A stretch of DNA of 64,000 bases from Camelus ferus (Eukaryota): the NCBI RefSeq assembly GCF_009834535.1, contig NC_045716.1, positions 22,010,001 to 22,074,000 of the forward strand, written 5' to 3'. The notes beneath the pieces are model-generated. The model saw only the letters and a list, made by a program, of their open reading frames with translations, was not told where the DNA came from and searched no databases. Within the stretch, counting starts at the first letter, position 1. Every line of letters starts with the position of its first letter. The position numbers and the translations under genes were made by a program. Positions 48,254-60,749 of the stretch are shown one piece after another.

Positions 48254-50789
48254 AGCCTTAGGCCACGCCCCCTGCCCGGTCCTCCGCCTTCCCGGGCGCG
48301 CCCCCGAAGCCCCGCCCCTGGCGCGCTCCCGCCAGGCTCCGCCCCGCTGGGGCTCGGAGCGCGCGTGGCGCGTGGGAGGTGAGGACCGTGCTGCCCCCTC
48401 AGGAACAACCCTATCGCTCCTCGCCTCTCCCTCTTAGGTTTAATTTGCTGTTGCCCGTCCTGGGCCTTCTGCTCCCTAGTCGAGTTCCCATGAGAAGGAT
48501 TAGGGAGGCCAAGACAGGGATCTGAATCTCCTGTGAACATTCATTTCTGGGATGGAGTGAAGGAGACTTGAAAAGAAGCTGGGGGTCCAGGACCACTTAA
48601 TAAGTAGAACTAGACCCCATCCTTTCTGAACAATCTGGTCCTCTGCTCCCTCTGAGCCCCTTTTCCCATGTGCCTGAGGAGACAGGTGGGTGCTAGAGGG
48701 TGGCCAGAGGAGCCCTCAGCTGGCACTAAGAACCTGACAGCTGTTGACCTGAAGCCCCCAGCTGAGCTTGAAGCTTGTTTTTCTTGGAGGTAGCGTGGAG
48801 AAGCTCAGCTCCCAAGAATGTCAGTACTGGATGCTGGAAGGGCCTTTGGCAGTCCACAGCCCAAGGGGGAGGAGGGACTAAGGAGAGAGTCAGCTAGAGC
48901 TGAACAGGCTTTCCTTGGACATCTACAAAGGATTCTTGACTCACACTTAACCAGGGCCCCCTCCCAGCTCAGCCAATGGTGTCCCCAGGCATTCTCACTC
49001 CTACTCTCACAGACGCTGACAGGAGGGCAGAGGGCAGAGCACCTTGGGTTCCAGCTCTCATCATAGTCATTGTTCTCACAGTGACATCCAAACCCAGACA
49101 TTACACACACACATTCAAAAGAAAAGGCACAGACACCTAGAGGCAGAGAACATAGAAATGAAGGCATCTGACACAGACATACAGACACACAGATAACCCC
49201 TCAGAGGAACACATAGGTAAAGGTACTATCAGGCAACTAGAGATCTAGAAACACAGGGATTAGGTGCACAGAGACATAGATGCACACACCCAGACACATG
49301 CACGCACACAGTGACTCACACACAAACCCACTGCACCCTTTGACACACTCACACTCAGATCTGCTTTCTCCTCTTCTCTCTTTTCCTATGAAGTAGAAGT
49401 TGAGGGAAAGGGTCTAGAATCCTGACCTAGGGGGTGTCCACTCCTCATCCCCTTTTATGGAAAGGCTCAGGCTAAGAGTGACCAGGGGGACCAGGTCTCA
49501 TACCAGACTCCCAATCCAACCACCTGTGCCCAGGGTGACAGGTGTGATGTTCTTTTCTTCTTACTGCAGGAGAGAGGACATGGAGGCACCCTTTATCTGC
49601 TTATTGTTGGCAAGACAGTGGTCCTGACCACAAGTTAGCCTCAGCTGCTGGATTTAGGGGAGGGGCAGTGCCATCCAGAATCGGCCCCGTGCCTAGCTAC
49701 TGCCAGGCAAGAGCAGGTTCTGTCCTCCCTGGACCCCTCTCCATCCCAGGAGATCTCTCCCTTCTCAGGAGCCGGAAAATAAATTAGGTCCCTTGGGGTG
49801 GGAATGGGGGACACTGCAAACAGCGCTCCTTCCCCCAAGGCTCCTCATCCCCAGGGAGATTTGTTTCACCCAAATGATGCTGAGCTGCCTACTCCAGGTG
49901 CTACAAATCCCAGCCTCCTCCTCGCCTACCCACATCCCTGCTCTGCAAATGGACGCTTCTCTGTAGGGCCCATGGTTGGCAAAGAGGCTGCCCATATTCA
50001 TTCGGAGTGGGAGCTTGCTGGTTTGGTCTAGGACTTTAAATTCCATTTTAGAAGACCTGAGTATGGAATCTAGGTCCCACTTAAGGATTTGGGACCTTTT
50101 ATATAGGGCTCAGATACTCCTCCTTAGAATCTAGCACTCCCAGCCCCCAGCCCCCAATAATAACTGAGCCCTTTCTAGAATCTGGAGCCCTCTCTATAGG
50201 ATTTATTTTTCCTATAGGATTTAAACAACTCTCTCTATGGGGTCTAAGCCACTGGTTTTTAAGTTCTGAAACACTCTCTATAGGGCCCAAGCCTCTGTCC
50301 TTGGGATCTGGTGCTCTACTGGGGCCTCTATCTAAATCAGCTACTGGCTGACTTTGGCTTTTGTGTGAATCAGAAAAGCCACCTCTCTATGCAGACCCAG
50401 TCTTAGGGTGCATCTCTTGGCTAGTGGTGCCTTTGTGCAAAATCAAAGGTATCGCTTTCTTCAGTGGGAGGTGGCCCTATGTGTCTCCCCATCTTAGTAA
50501 GGGAGCTTGGCTGATGGCCCCTACTACTCCTTGGGTGGCTCCTTTGCACAAATAGCACAACTGTATGTGGCAGTTCTGAATATAGGATGTGTGCTTCCAG
50601 CTCTCATGGTTAGGCCTGTCAGGAGGCCTCAGTTCATGGGGTCTGGGCTTCTCTAGGGTTTAGGTCTCTGTATATAAGATCTGGGCCACTGTCCACATGC
50701 CTGGGACCTGATCTGAAGCCTGGGCCTCTTTCTGTGGCATCTGGGTCATGGAAAGTCTCAGGCCTTCATCAATGGGATCTAGGCCTTTG

Positions 50790-51067
50790 TTTATAACTGT
50801 AACTCAAATCTTATATGTGACCCGCAAGGTGTATATTTTGCATTTGCAATACAGTATACACACACATACATACATTAACATATGACTGAAATAATAAGTA
50901 TCATGAAGCAATACTTTTCCTTATTGCAGAGGATGCACTGTGATATTTTTCCTCTGTTCTAGTCTTAATTTATTTTTAAATAAAACGAAAAGCTTGTTAA
51001 GACCCAGAAAACTGATTCCTTGATTTTATCAACCTTAATGGTTCACAATCTATAGTTTGAAACACTG
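50790..51067. mobile_element. hAT-Charlie-type MITE remnant
   Basis: AT-rich block ending 'atggttcacaatctatagtttgaaacactg'. Confidence 0.55.
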
Positions 51068-52069
51068 GTATCTAAGGCCTGGGCCAGGACTGGCACCTCT
51101 CTGTAGGGTGAGGGCCTCTGTGGAGGCTGGGGTTCTCTCTGTGGGGCTGATCCTCTCTCTCCTGGGCCTCAGGCCCCTTTTCTTCTCTCCTGCAGCCCTG
51201 CCTACATTTCCGTCCAACCCCAGGCTTGCCAGTACACTGCTGGCTGCTATGTTCTCTCCAGGGGCACTGAACTCAGGCCCCTGGGAGTTCTCTGAACGCA
51301 GTGCCTTACCCGGCCCCTGTCCCCCTGGGGCCAAGGAAGCTGGGAGCTGAACGGGTTGGGACAGAGGGAATACTCAGGCTGTGTGGCCCATGGGGCTCTC
51401 GGGAAATCGGGTGGCAACCACAGAGCTGAGCTGTGTTCAATAAATCATGGAGGCTAGGGCCTGGGGGAGGGGGAGGCCAGGGGAGAAGGCGGGGGCCATG
51501 GATAAATAATTCATTAAACAAATAAACAAGGAGCCTGTGAGAGGGAGGATCGGGCACTTGTGTGAGCGGGAGAGGCAGCCGCCAGCTCCAGACATGAAAT
51601 ATTCACAGGTTCTGCACCTTGCCCAGGGCCCTTGTGTGTGCCCCAGAGCAGGCAGCCTGTTGGTGTGGTCCTAACAGAGAAACCTGGGTGCCAACACGGA
51701 AGGCAGTGCACTTGTCTTCTGATGTCCAAGTGTGATGTGTGTGTCAGCATGGCTACCTGGTGCTCTAATGTCCATGAGTTGACATGGAACCACACACATG
51801 ACAGACAGCAGGGAGCACGGGGCACTAATGTGTGGTCCAGGACACAGGAAGTTAGGATGCAGGGCTTGGTGGGTGAGGTCGGGGTGTAACAATCTCTGAT
51901 TCTAGTCATGCCCTGATCCCTTAGATGAGTCCTGAAATGGAGAGGCATCTCTAGGGTGTTGCATTGGAGGTGTGTGTATGTGCCTCCTCTGAATGAGCTT
52001 CGAGAAAATCTAAGAGGAAGGCAGTAGGGTTTAGCAGTTAACAGGATGGGCTGGGGTTCCAATTCCATT

Positions 52070-52235
52070 TCTGCCATTCACGGGCTGTGCTAGTCACTTC
52101 ACTTCTTTGAGATTGCTGTCTCATCCAGAAAACGGGATAATAATACCCTACCTCGAAGAACTGGTTGTGATGAGGATTAAGACCCATGTCTGGGAAGCAC
52201 TTAGCACGGTGTTTAGGACCTATGAGGTGCTTGAT
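52070..52235 (+). mobile_element. MIR SINE
   Basis: 'ggataataatacccta...gttgtgatgaggattaag...aagcacttagcacggtg'. Confidence 0.7.
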
Positions 52236-55200
52236 GGATGGAGGCCTCCTCCTCATCATTATCTGAGGTCTGCCCACCTAGACTAGCTCCAGACTCAATT
52301 TTCCATTTGTTCTCTCTCATCTCCACGCCTCTCTAACAGCCATCATAGTGGGAGAGGTGACCTTGGGCTTGGGGAATAGGGATGGGATAGGAAAAGATTA
52401 GATGGAATAAGGGGGAGGGGAAGTTACAGCGAAAAATTTCACATCCTTGACAGTTTGAAAGGAGGTGTCCGTGACCTTCTCATCAAACCCCAGAGCCTCT
52501 CCCCTAAAACTCTCCCCAGATCCACATTCTCGTCTCTTTCCTGCCACCAAAATTTAGCTTTCTAGTAAGCAGCTACAAGGAAACCCCAGGAGGAATTGGG
52601 GTAGAGGTCTCTGAGTAGCATCACAATCTCTTCACCCCACCTCTTCCCACACTAGTCTTCAGTGCCAGAGCTCTAGCCCCTACCCTCTGCCTGTCAGTTG
52701 AGGGCTTCCCTGGCAAAGATGGCTATGTCTGGGCAAAACCCAGAGAAGTGGCACCCCAGAGTGGGTGGGGAGAATCCAGGCTGGAGAGAGCTGTGGAGGG
52801 CCAGGGTGGAGTTCCTGGGGCCTCCCAGTGGGCCCCAGCATTCCCCAGCCCTCTCGTGTCCCCTGGAAAGGATCCGCTCCCAGTGGGAGAGAGCCAGCAG
52901 ACAGGTCTGAGCCGGCCGGCTCCTCCACAGACAGAAGAAGAACAGGCTGGGGGAGGGGGCCTGAGATCTTGGTGGGGAGTGGTGGCTGTAACCTCCACAT
53001 CTCCGATGGGGAGCCAGGGGCAGAGGGGACTACGGCCTGGGCACACCCTACCATAACCTAGGGCCCAGCCCTTGCCTCCTTTGACCAGCCTGCTGCTACT
53101 TGGGTCGTCAAGGTCTGGGTCCCCAGGTGTGAAGATGGTGCCTGCCCACCACTTCCCAAAGAGCCAACATCAGTTTTCTTCTTCCCCTCCCCTGGGCTAG
53201 GCAGGTTCAGGCTAATCTGTGCCAGAGCTTCACAGCAAACATTGATCTGTAATAAAACCACAATGTGTGTTTGGGAGAAGGGATTCCAGATACAGAGAAA
53301 TCCAGACAACTCACATGTACACTCACACACGTCCACACAGATGCAAAACATACAGTTCTGGGAGGGCAGACACCAGTAGTCCTGAAAACACTGCTGAACA
53401 TGGGCTCGCACTTAGTCAAACACACAAGCATTATTAGTTCTACAAATCCCCTCCACTCCATAAATTTTGTCCTTCAAAACTCAAGCTTTCTGTGACAGTC
53501 CATTTCCCTTGTTCCTACAGCACTTTCTGCATAGCCCTATAACTGCATTTGCACTTGGCATCATAATTATTTGTTGGCCAGTTTGTCTTCTGGAGTAATG
53601 TGAAGAATCCTTAAGGGAAGGGGTCCTGTCTTGTGCAAGTGTGTATCCTCAGCATCTAGCATGCAGCCTGGTAGTTAGTCAGTAGGAATAGGTGAGGTAC
53701 TTAATAAATAATTCTTGAATTGATGAACAGAAGAATAAATGCATTCTGACAGTGGGACACCCATACCTAGAATCCCTCAGAAGCACACAGAGCAAAACCA
53801 GTGCATGTTACTCATGCCTCTGGCCCCACCTTCTTGTCTCCAGGTCCCCTGACCTTACTGCCTCTTGGCTTCCTCAAAGGCCCTCCTTTCTCCCTCTTCA
53901 CTCAGTGTGAGACCATAAATTTGAGTACCACCTGAGGGCTAGCAGGCAAGGTAAGGGTTAATGACACCTCATTAGTGCTTAATTGGAGGAAGGAAGCTGC
54001 CCTGGCACCAGACAGGTGGGCAGGCCTGCCTCTCACTGGAAGCAAGCATCCCTTGTTCCAGCACCCTGCTGGGCACGTGGGTGATTTGGGCCTGGAGACC
54101 CTCAACCCAGCCTGGGGCACCTCCCCCTACCATTTGCTTTGCCAATTTAGTCTCCAGGCAGTACAGACCAGCTCTCCCCATCTGTCGCAGAACATCCAGA
54201 GGAAGAGGCAGACTCCTTATCCTTTCTCCTTTAGTTGGTCTGTGCCCCCTCCCACCCCTGGACAGACTGGAGTCTGGGAGGAGAGGTGGGGTAAGAAACT
54301 GGATGACTGAGAGGTAAATTAGAGAGCCACTAAGAGATAGATTTGGGATACAGACAAGCGACAGAGCTGGGGGATGTGGAGATGTCTGCCCAATTTGACC
54401 TTAAACGAAGAGAATGCAAATGAGATGCAGACGATATGCAGATGAACGCGAGGATCTCAGAATTAACATTCTGGGTGGCGACAGCTCTGCACTCAGGACC
54501 CCAACGCTGTTGCCAATACTCCCCTCCTAAGCTTCCTGGGTTAAGTGGCACTGACCATTGCTTTGAGTAAGAAAAAGGATCTCAAGAAAAATGAGTGCTT
54601 GGTTGGGCTAGGGCTGCGGGACCTGGGAAACATAGCCCCACCGCCGCGTCCCCGCCCCCATCCCAAGCACCACCCAAGCTGCCTTTGAAGCACTAGCAAA
54701 GACCACTCTCCAGGTTACGCTCGGACGCACCGTCGGTTGCTATGGGGACCCCCTCCTCGTCCAGGCCTGAACCAATGGGCATCACCGCTGATGACCTCAT
54801 GCCCCAGGCCCCGGGATTCTACTGGTTATTTGGAACTCAGCGTGCCCTTCTCCAACTGCGTCACCGCTGGGGATCCCCCCGACCCCAGCTGGTGTGGCCA
54901 ACTGAAAAGAAGGACGCGCTGGGAGCTCACAATTTGCTGAATGAATGAATAAGGAAAGGAAGGAAGGAATTAATGACAGGGTAGAAGAAAAAAGGGAGGG
55001 GTTACATAAAAAGACCAAAACTTCAGAGTTTAGCCTCTAGGGAAATATTTTCAACCCCAGAGAGTGTGGAGCAGGATGCAGGTCGGAGACTCAGGCTCTC
55101 AGGTTTTCGAGAGACACGGCGAGACAGAGTGATGCAAAGATGAGGGGAGTTTTCGGATGGTTTGGGAGAGACTAGGACAGGCCCAGCAAATTGAGGGCCC

Positions 55201-57113
55201 CACCCACGGCCATCTAGCGCCACTGAGTTTAGGGGAGATCGGTGACGCCCCAAAACTTGCAGATCTGCCTAGCCTCCTGGAACCGCGCCCCGGAACACGC
55301 CTCGAGGACTTCTCATGGGTAGGGCTCAGTCCCGGAAGGCCGCCCAGCGCCTTTGGCCCATCTAGGCCCCATGAGCGGGCTTAGCTCTCGCTTTTCTTGC
55401 CGACGCGCCCCAGGACTGAATCAGTTGTCCGCGCAGGGCCCAGCTTGTGAGGAAAATGAGTGTAGGGAAGCGCTGGCTTGGCTTGAGACCTGCGGCCAGC
55501 GGGCCTGAGTTTGCGACCCCCCGCCCAACCCCCCCAGGTGTCCGCTCTCACACCTGCAGGGAGTTGGGCGGCTGGCAAGGGCATGTGTCTGTGTCAAGTG
55601 TGCCCTTCTGCCTGGGAGTGAGGGCGTGTGTCTGAGTGCGTGGAAAGCTGACTGGGCCCCGCGTTTCTTTCGCACATGCGTTCTTATCAGCGGCGGATCC
55701 GCGCACCTGCCACAGACGCAGGAGCGAGCGCGCCCCTGCTTGGGGTTGTTCTGAGCACGGTGAGACCCCCACAGTCCTCAATGCAGTTCAGGGGCTCTAA
55801 CCAGTCGTCCCTGGCCTGCCCTGCCTTTGGTTTCACTGAAGAGGGGAGGAGGAGGCAGTACAGTGGTTTTCTAGGGCGACATATAGACAACCTCCTGGAT
55901 GACAGTAGAGACTGAACTCGAACTCAAGATCAGAAGACTGAGCCTACAGCTCATCCTTCAGCTCAGACACCACTCCGCACACCAGCCTCTGGCCCCCACT
56001 AAAGATCGTGTTTTGGGATGAAGGCCCTGATACATGAATACGCAGGCACATGCACCTACCGACGTGGCATTGTATGAAACTGGCCTCGAATGGGGGAAGG
56101 GTCGACTCGTGTCTGTTCTATCCGCGGTGCTGTCCTCCATCCCAGACCTCAGCCAGAGCAATGGAACTAACCCAGAGGGACCAGAGTCCGACCTAGGTGT
56201 GCAAGGAGGTGGGGCAGAGATTCGCAGTCTCCAGCATTTCGGTCTGGTCTGTCAGTCTCTGGACCTCCAGCACCCTCCGCACCCCCCCAACCCCCACCCC
56301 GCGCGTTCACACGCCGCCTCTTGCCGCCGCAGCCCTGCCGAGCTAATCAGCACAACATCCACCTTATCGATCGCTGGCTCAGTGCCAGGCGGGCCGGCTC
56401 CGTGCCAGTGGAGGCTGTGGGGCACTCCGGCGGGTACAGCATAGCTGCGGGGGAAGGGCCATCCCTTCCCTGGCTCCACCCAGGGCACCTTTCAGAAAGA
56501 GGGCCCCAGTTAAGCTTGGGGGGTACCATAGCCTTGCCTGCCAGAGGTGGAAGAAGACAGCGCGGGGCTGAGAGCAAAGTGGGCCCTCCCTCCTCGGCCC
56601 CACCCCCTCCTCCTTATAAACGCGAAGAACAAAGAGGCCACTGGGGAAGGAGGCTTTGATCTGACCCCACCTTCCCAGTTCTAGGCCAGGCACCGCCCAG
56701 ACTGCCCTTGGGGGGCGGGGAGAAGGGGACACCCAACTCTCAGGGACCCAGGCATTCTGAAACCCAGGTGCTGTCTCTCTACTGGCCCTTGCTTTTGCCC
56801 CAATGCCCTGCTTGGTGCTACCACAACTTGGGCAGTGCCCCAAGAAGGTGGGCTGTCAGGAGCACCTGCCCCCTCCTCAGCACAGGAAGCCAGCTAGGGA
56901 GGTGGGAGAGGGTGCCAAGCTCCACAGCTGCTGCTGGCACCCACCCCACACTACCCAGAGGGGTGCCCACGGAGGCCTGGCATGGATGGCCTGGGCACAG
57001 CTGGCACGGAGGTAAGGCCAAGCCAAGCTGCAAGCAGAGACCACAGGGAGTCCCAGTGTCAGGGCAGGAGGCAGAGGGCAATGGGTTGGGGAGAGCAACA
57101 AAAATATGGGTGG

Positions 57114-57119
57114 TTTATT
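57114..57119 (-). terminator. EFNA4: EFNA4 polyadenylation signal AATAAA
   Basis: TTTATT on the plus strand, about 550 nt after the stop, with two UGUA elements upstream in the mRNA. Confidence 0.85.
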
Positions 57120-57669
57120 GAAGGTTTGGTCCAGACACTTACAAAAATACAAATTGGCATGAAATTCAACCTCATGGCAAGTCCGTCTTCACAGAAGACA
57201 AGTAGGTGACCCCCTGGGGAGGAAAGGTGCTGTCCCAGGGAAGAGGCCCACGGGGTACTGGGCACAGATGGCAGGCCTGGGCTGCTTCCTTGCCCTGGTC
57301 CAGCAGTCTACCTGTCCCCAGGTCGTTGGCCTTGGCCCCCAGCAGGCTCAAGGATCTGATCCACCGAATCCCAGTCTTCCTAGGGGATGGGATGAGAACA
57401 TCAAAGCAGCTGACAGAGACCCTATGTTTGTCTCGCCTCTGCTCCAGGGTGCCCAGGGCTGTCTGCAGCTCCCCTGCTGCTCCTCCAGCCTATAATGAGG
57501 AGGCCAGCACCTAGAAGGGTCACTTCAGACCCTCTGACCTCCCCCATCACTCTTCCATCTTGTCTGTCTGTCTTGGCACTCCCAGCTCAGGTAGGTGGCA
57601 GGGGCCCTCTTCCAGGGAAGTCTTGGGAGGGCTCTGGTTCCTGGGGGTGGCAGGAAGGGTCCACTTGGC

Positions 57670-57806
57670 TCAGAGAACTCTCAGGAGACGTAGAATTGGG
57701 AGCAGCAGCAGCAGCAAGAGACAGAGTGGGCTGGGAGTGGCACCCCCTTGCCACCCTGATGTGCCACTCTCTCCAGGGCTCCCAACAGGATGGGCTGACT
57801 CAGGCT
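57670..57806 (-). CDS. EFNA4: Ephrin-A4 exon 4 (GPI signal, stop)
   Basis: Encodes (K)PESAHPVGSPGESGTSGWQGGATPSPLCLLLLLLLPILRLLRVL* (TGA 57672-57670). Confidence 0.97.
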
Positions 57807-58208
57807 CTGTGAGGGGGAAGAGGTAGCATTGATGGGTCCTCCTGTTTCAGCAGCCCCTTCCCGCTCTCCCCATTAGCTGTGCACTCCCATCCCTTTCTTC
57901 AGGGTCTCCAGAACTAGCCAATCCCCTCTCATAAGCTACCACCTCGTCTTCTCTAAGCCTCAACTTCCAAGTCTCTCTCCAGTTACCATTAGAGACCACT
58001 GGTTCAGCTAAGGCCTTGAAGGGCCTTGACCCTGGAAATGCCATTCCCTTGGCCCAGCATAGAAGGTTGAAGTGGAAGCTCCCACAGGCTAAATGGGGCA
58101 GTGGAGGCCCCTCAGAGTTTGAGGCTCCCAGATGCTTCCCACCCTCCCCTCATTCCCGAGGGCCCCACACTAGCCAGATGGGTGGCTCCCATGCCCCAAC
58201 CCACTCAC

Positions 58209-58277
58209 TGTCCTCCTTGCAGCAGACAGACACCTGGAGCCTCAAGCACTGGCCAGGACTCTCCGGAGTTGGCACTG
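58209..58277 (-). CDS. EFNA4: Ephrin-A4 exon 3 (69 nt)
   Basis: AG/GT bounded. Encodes (S)VPTPESPGQCLRLQVSVCCKED. Confidence 0.96.
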
Positions 58278-58660
58278 CTGGGTGGTGGGAAATCGGGAGG
58301 AAGAAGTCAGCACAGGCCAGTCTGCATGCCTCAGTCTCTGTTTCAAACCCTCTCAGCTTCTCTTCTCTCCAATTCTCTGGAAAGCTTTTCCTTATCTGGG
58401 GGCCACACCCAGGTGCCAGGCCCCACCTGTGACCCTACTCAGGTCCCCATTCCTAGCACCTCCTCCTTTCCCCTCCTCTCTGTGGGCTCACTCTAGATGT
58501 CCCCTAGCTGGGTCCTGGACTCAGGCCACCCCCACCCCCCCGGCCTGGCCTCTTTCCCTCACCCTCAGGCTCTCTGTCTTGACTGGTGACAGTGGCAGGT
58601 CACCCCACTCCTCTCCCCACCTTCTCCCAAGAGGCAGCCAGTGTGCCCTTCCTCACTCAC

Positions 58661-58956
58661 AGATGTAGTAGTAGGTCTCTCCAGGCAAGAACTCGAAGCC
58701 AAGGGAGAAGGGTGTGAAGCGCTGAATCTTCTCTGAGAATCGAACAGGGCCAAAGGGAGCAAAGGGAAGGGAGCACTCCCAGCGCTTGAAGGCACCCGGC
58801 CCCTCAGCCCGGCAGGCCTCATAGCCTGGCCGGTCCACCATGTATAAAGCAAACGTCTCAGGGCCCTCAGGGGGCCCTGGACTCTCATAGTGAGGACAGA
58901 AGATGTCTAGGTAATCCTTGAGGCCCAGCTCCACCACGGCGTCTCCTCGAAGCAGC
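58661..58956 (-). CDS. EFNA4: Ephrin-A4 exon 2 (296 nt, receptor-binding domain)
   Basis: AG/GT bounded. Encodes LLRGDAVVELGLKDYLDIFCPHYESPGPPEGPETFALYMV...RFSEKIQRFTPFSLGFEFLPGETYYYI. Confidence 0.99.
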
Positions 58957-59819
58957 CTGCAGGCATAAGGTAGGTGAAGGCGGAGAGGCTTATAACACCA
59001 CACACCTGGGGCATGAGGGTCAGAGATACCCCTTCCCAATGGTCCCTGCCAGACAACCCCCCACCCACTGGAAAGGGAGCAGCTTAGGAAGGCCTGAGTT
59101 CCCCAGACTGACAACTCTTGAGAGATGAAGCAAGTGCAAGAAATGGATAAGGTAACGGATCCACAAGTTCGGAAAGGTTAAGGGACTGCAGTGCCCCTAA
59201 CCACATGGCTCAAATGTGAGAAGGCCACTCCCCACACCCAACCTTCTGAGTTGGAGCTGCTACCCAGCTCTCGAGCCCTCATGCCCAACACAGGGCCTGG
59301 CATAGCACTGTGCTTGATAAATGTGAGGTGGATGGCTGTTGTGAAGAAGCCAGGGCCCAGAGGCAAGGGGTACAGATCTAGGCCCACAGTGCAATCACAA
59401 GCTAGAGATGGAGACTGGGAACGGTAGCCTCACTGACAAATGCAGAGAGGGGAAGGCTGCCTTTTAAGACCTCAGTTCAAGGCTGAAAAGAATAACAGTG
59501 AAAAAAGAAAAAAAGAATGAGAGTGGATGGTGGGTACCTCCCTTTTTTCCCCCCTTTTGACAGGACTCCTTGTCCTGGCATTTCCTTAGTGCCTGACATG
59601 GAAGGGAGCCCCCTCCACATATTCCTCTAATCTTTGGCCTCCTCAGGACTCCCTTCCACCTCTTGGGAGCTGCCAGGGGGAGACAGCACATGTGGGAAGG
59701 GCTAGGACAGGCTGCCTACCCCTGCCCCCCACAGCCCCAGCATCAAATATAGCATGAACCATTTTCCCCCCTCCCCACTATACACAGAGCTTGACTTACT
59801 AAGGGCCCCCAACTATCCC

Positions 59820-60085
59820 TCAGTGGGTGGTCTGAGGACCACCTGCATCAGGAGTTCTGATTAGAAATGCAGATTCCACGGCTAAGCTCAGACCTACTAG
59901 AACACAAGCCAGGCCTTTGTATGTTTTGTTCCACGGCATCCTCAGTGCCTGGAAAAGTGTCTTGCACAAGGGCAGTGGTCAATAAATATTTGTGGATTAA
60001 ATGAATAAGCCAGAAACCTCAGGGTTAGGGGCTAGGAACCTGAATTTTTAACAAGTCTTCCAAGTGATTCAGAAGCACTGGTCTG
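59820..60085. mobile_element. MER5A-like hAT MITE interrupted by an L2-like 3' end (about 59913-60004)
   Basis: MER5A-like 'accacctgcatcagg...aaatgcagattcc...cagacctactagaa' resumes as 'ctaggaacctgaatttttaacaag...gtgattc'. Confidence 0.65.
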
Positions 60086-60749
60086 GAACAGAGAGAGGAA
60101 TTCAGAGTTGGAGGACAATAGCTCTTAACACATAGCATTGGTATTGTAATGCCCTGTGTTGAAGCCTGCCCGCTCAAGGGTCCTTTGGGCTCCCAGAGGG
60201 CAGAGCCTAGGTTTTCTCATCTGTAATCCCCAGCACCCTAGCACAGGTCCCGGCACAGAGTACACAGTAAGTGTTAGTGAGTGAACAAATGAATGGAGTC
60301 ACAGATTGTCTCAAGTAGAAAATCAGAAAGGAAAAGAGATGGAGAAAGCAGAGAGGCAGAGAGAATTGGGGAGGAGGATGGAAACAGGAAAAAATATCAA
60401 GGTTCAAAGGCAGGCAGCTCAGGACAGAAAAAGAAATAATAGTTTATATCTGTACAGCCTTCATCTTTTTCACACACATAACCTCAGTTAGTCTGGTTTC
60501 CCAGGTTACCAGGTATTATTAGCCCATTTTACAGATGAGGTTAAAGAGGTAGAATGATTTGCCCAAAGGTGATTCAGCTAGAAGGGCAGGTTCGAGACTG
60601 GACAGAAATAGAACGACTAATAACAACCGAGATGAAAGCAGAGTTACCGAATGAGATTGGGAGACAGATTGAGCGCCAAAGGGGAGGCCAAGCAAGCAGA
60701 GGAGTAACCCACGCTCTTTCACAAGAGTAGAGGAGCCCCCTCCCTCCCT

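Larger units (their letters stand above)
44500..48450. promoter_or_regulatory. EFNA3: EFNA3 promoter and intron 1 CpG island(s)
   Basis: Dense CpG. Sp/KLF boxes GGGGCGGAGC, GGGGCGGGGC and GGGGCGTGGC on the minus strand at about 48260-48350. Confidence 0.8.

Noticed and set aside
55207-55220. Weaker CTCF-like motifs (also about 8591, 62116, 63595)
   Set aside because: About 11/14 matches in GC-rich DNA are expected by chance.
58653-58660. Intron 2 read-through giving secreted domain-only ephrins
   Set aside because: It would lose the fourth conserved Cys in exon 3 and probably trigger NMD. The donors are strong consensus sites.
58830-58836. EFNA4 DRPGY versus recalled human DWPGY
   Set aside because: The position varies among ephrin-A paralogs (EFNA3 has Arg there), so it is unlikely to matter.
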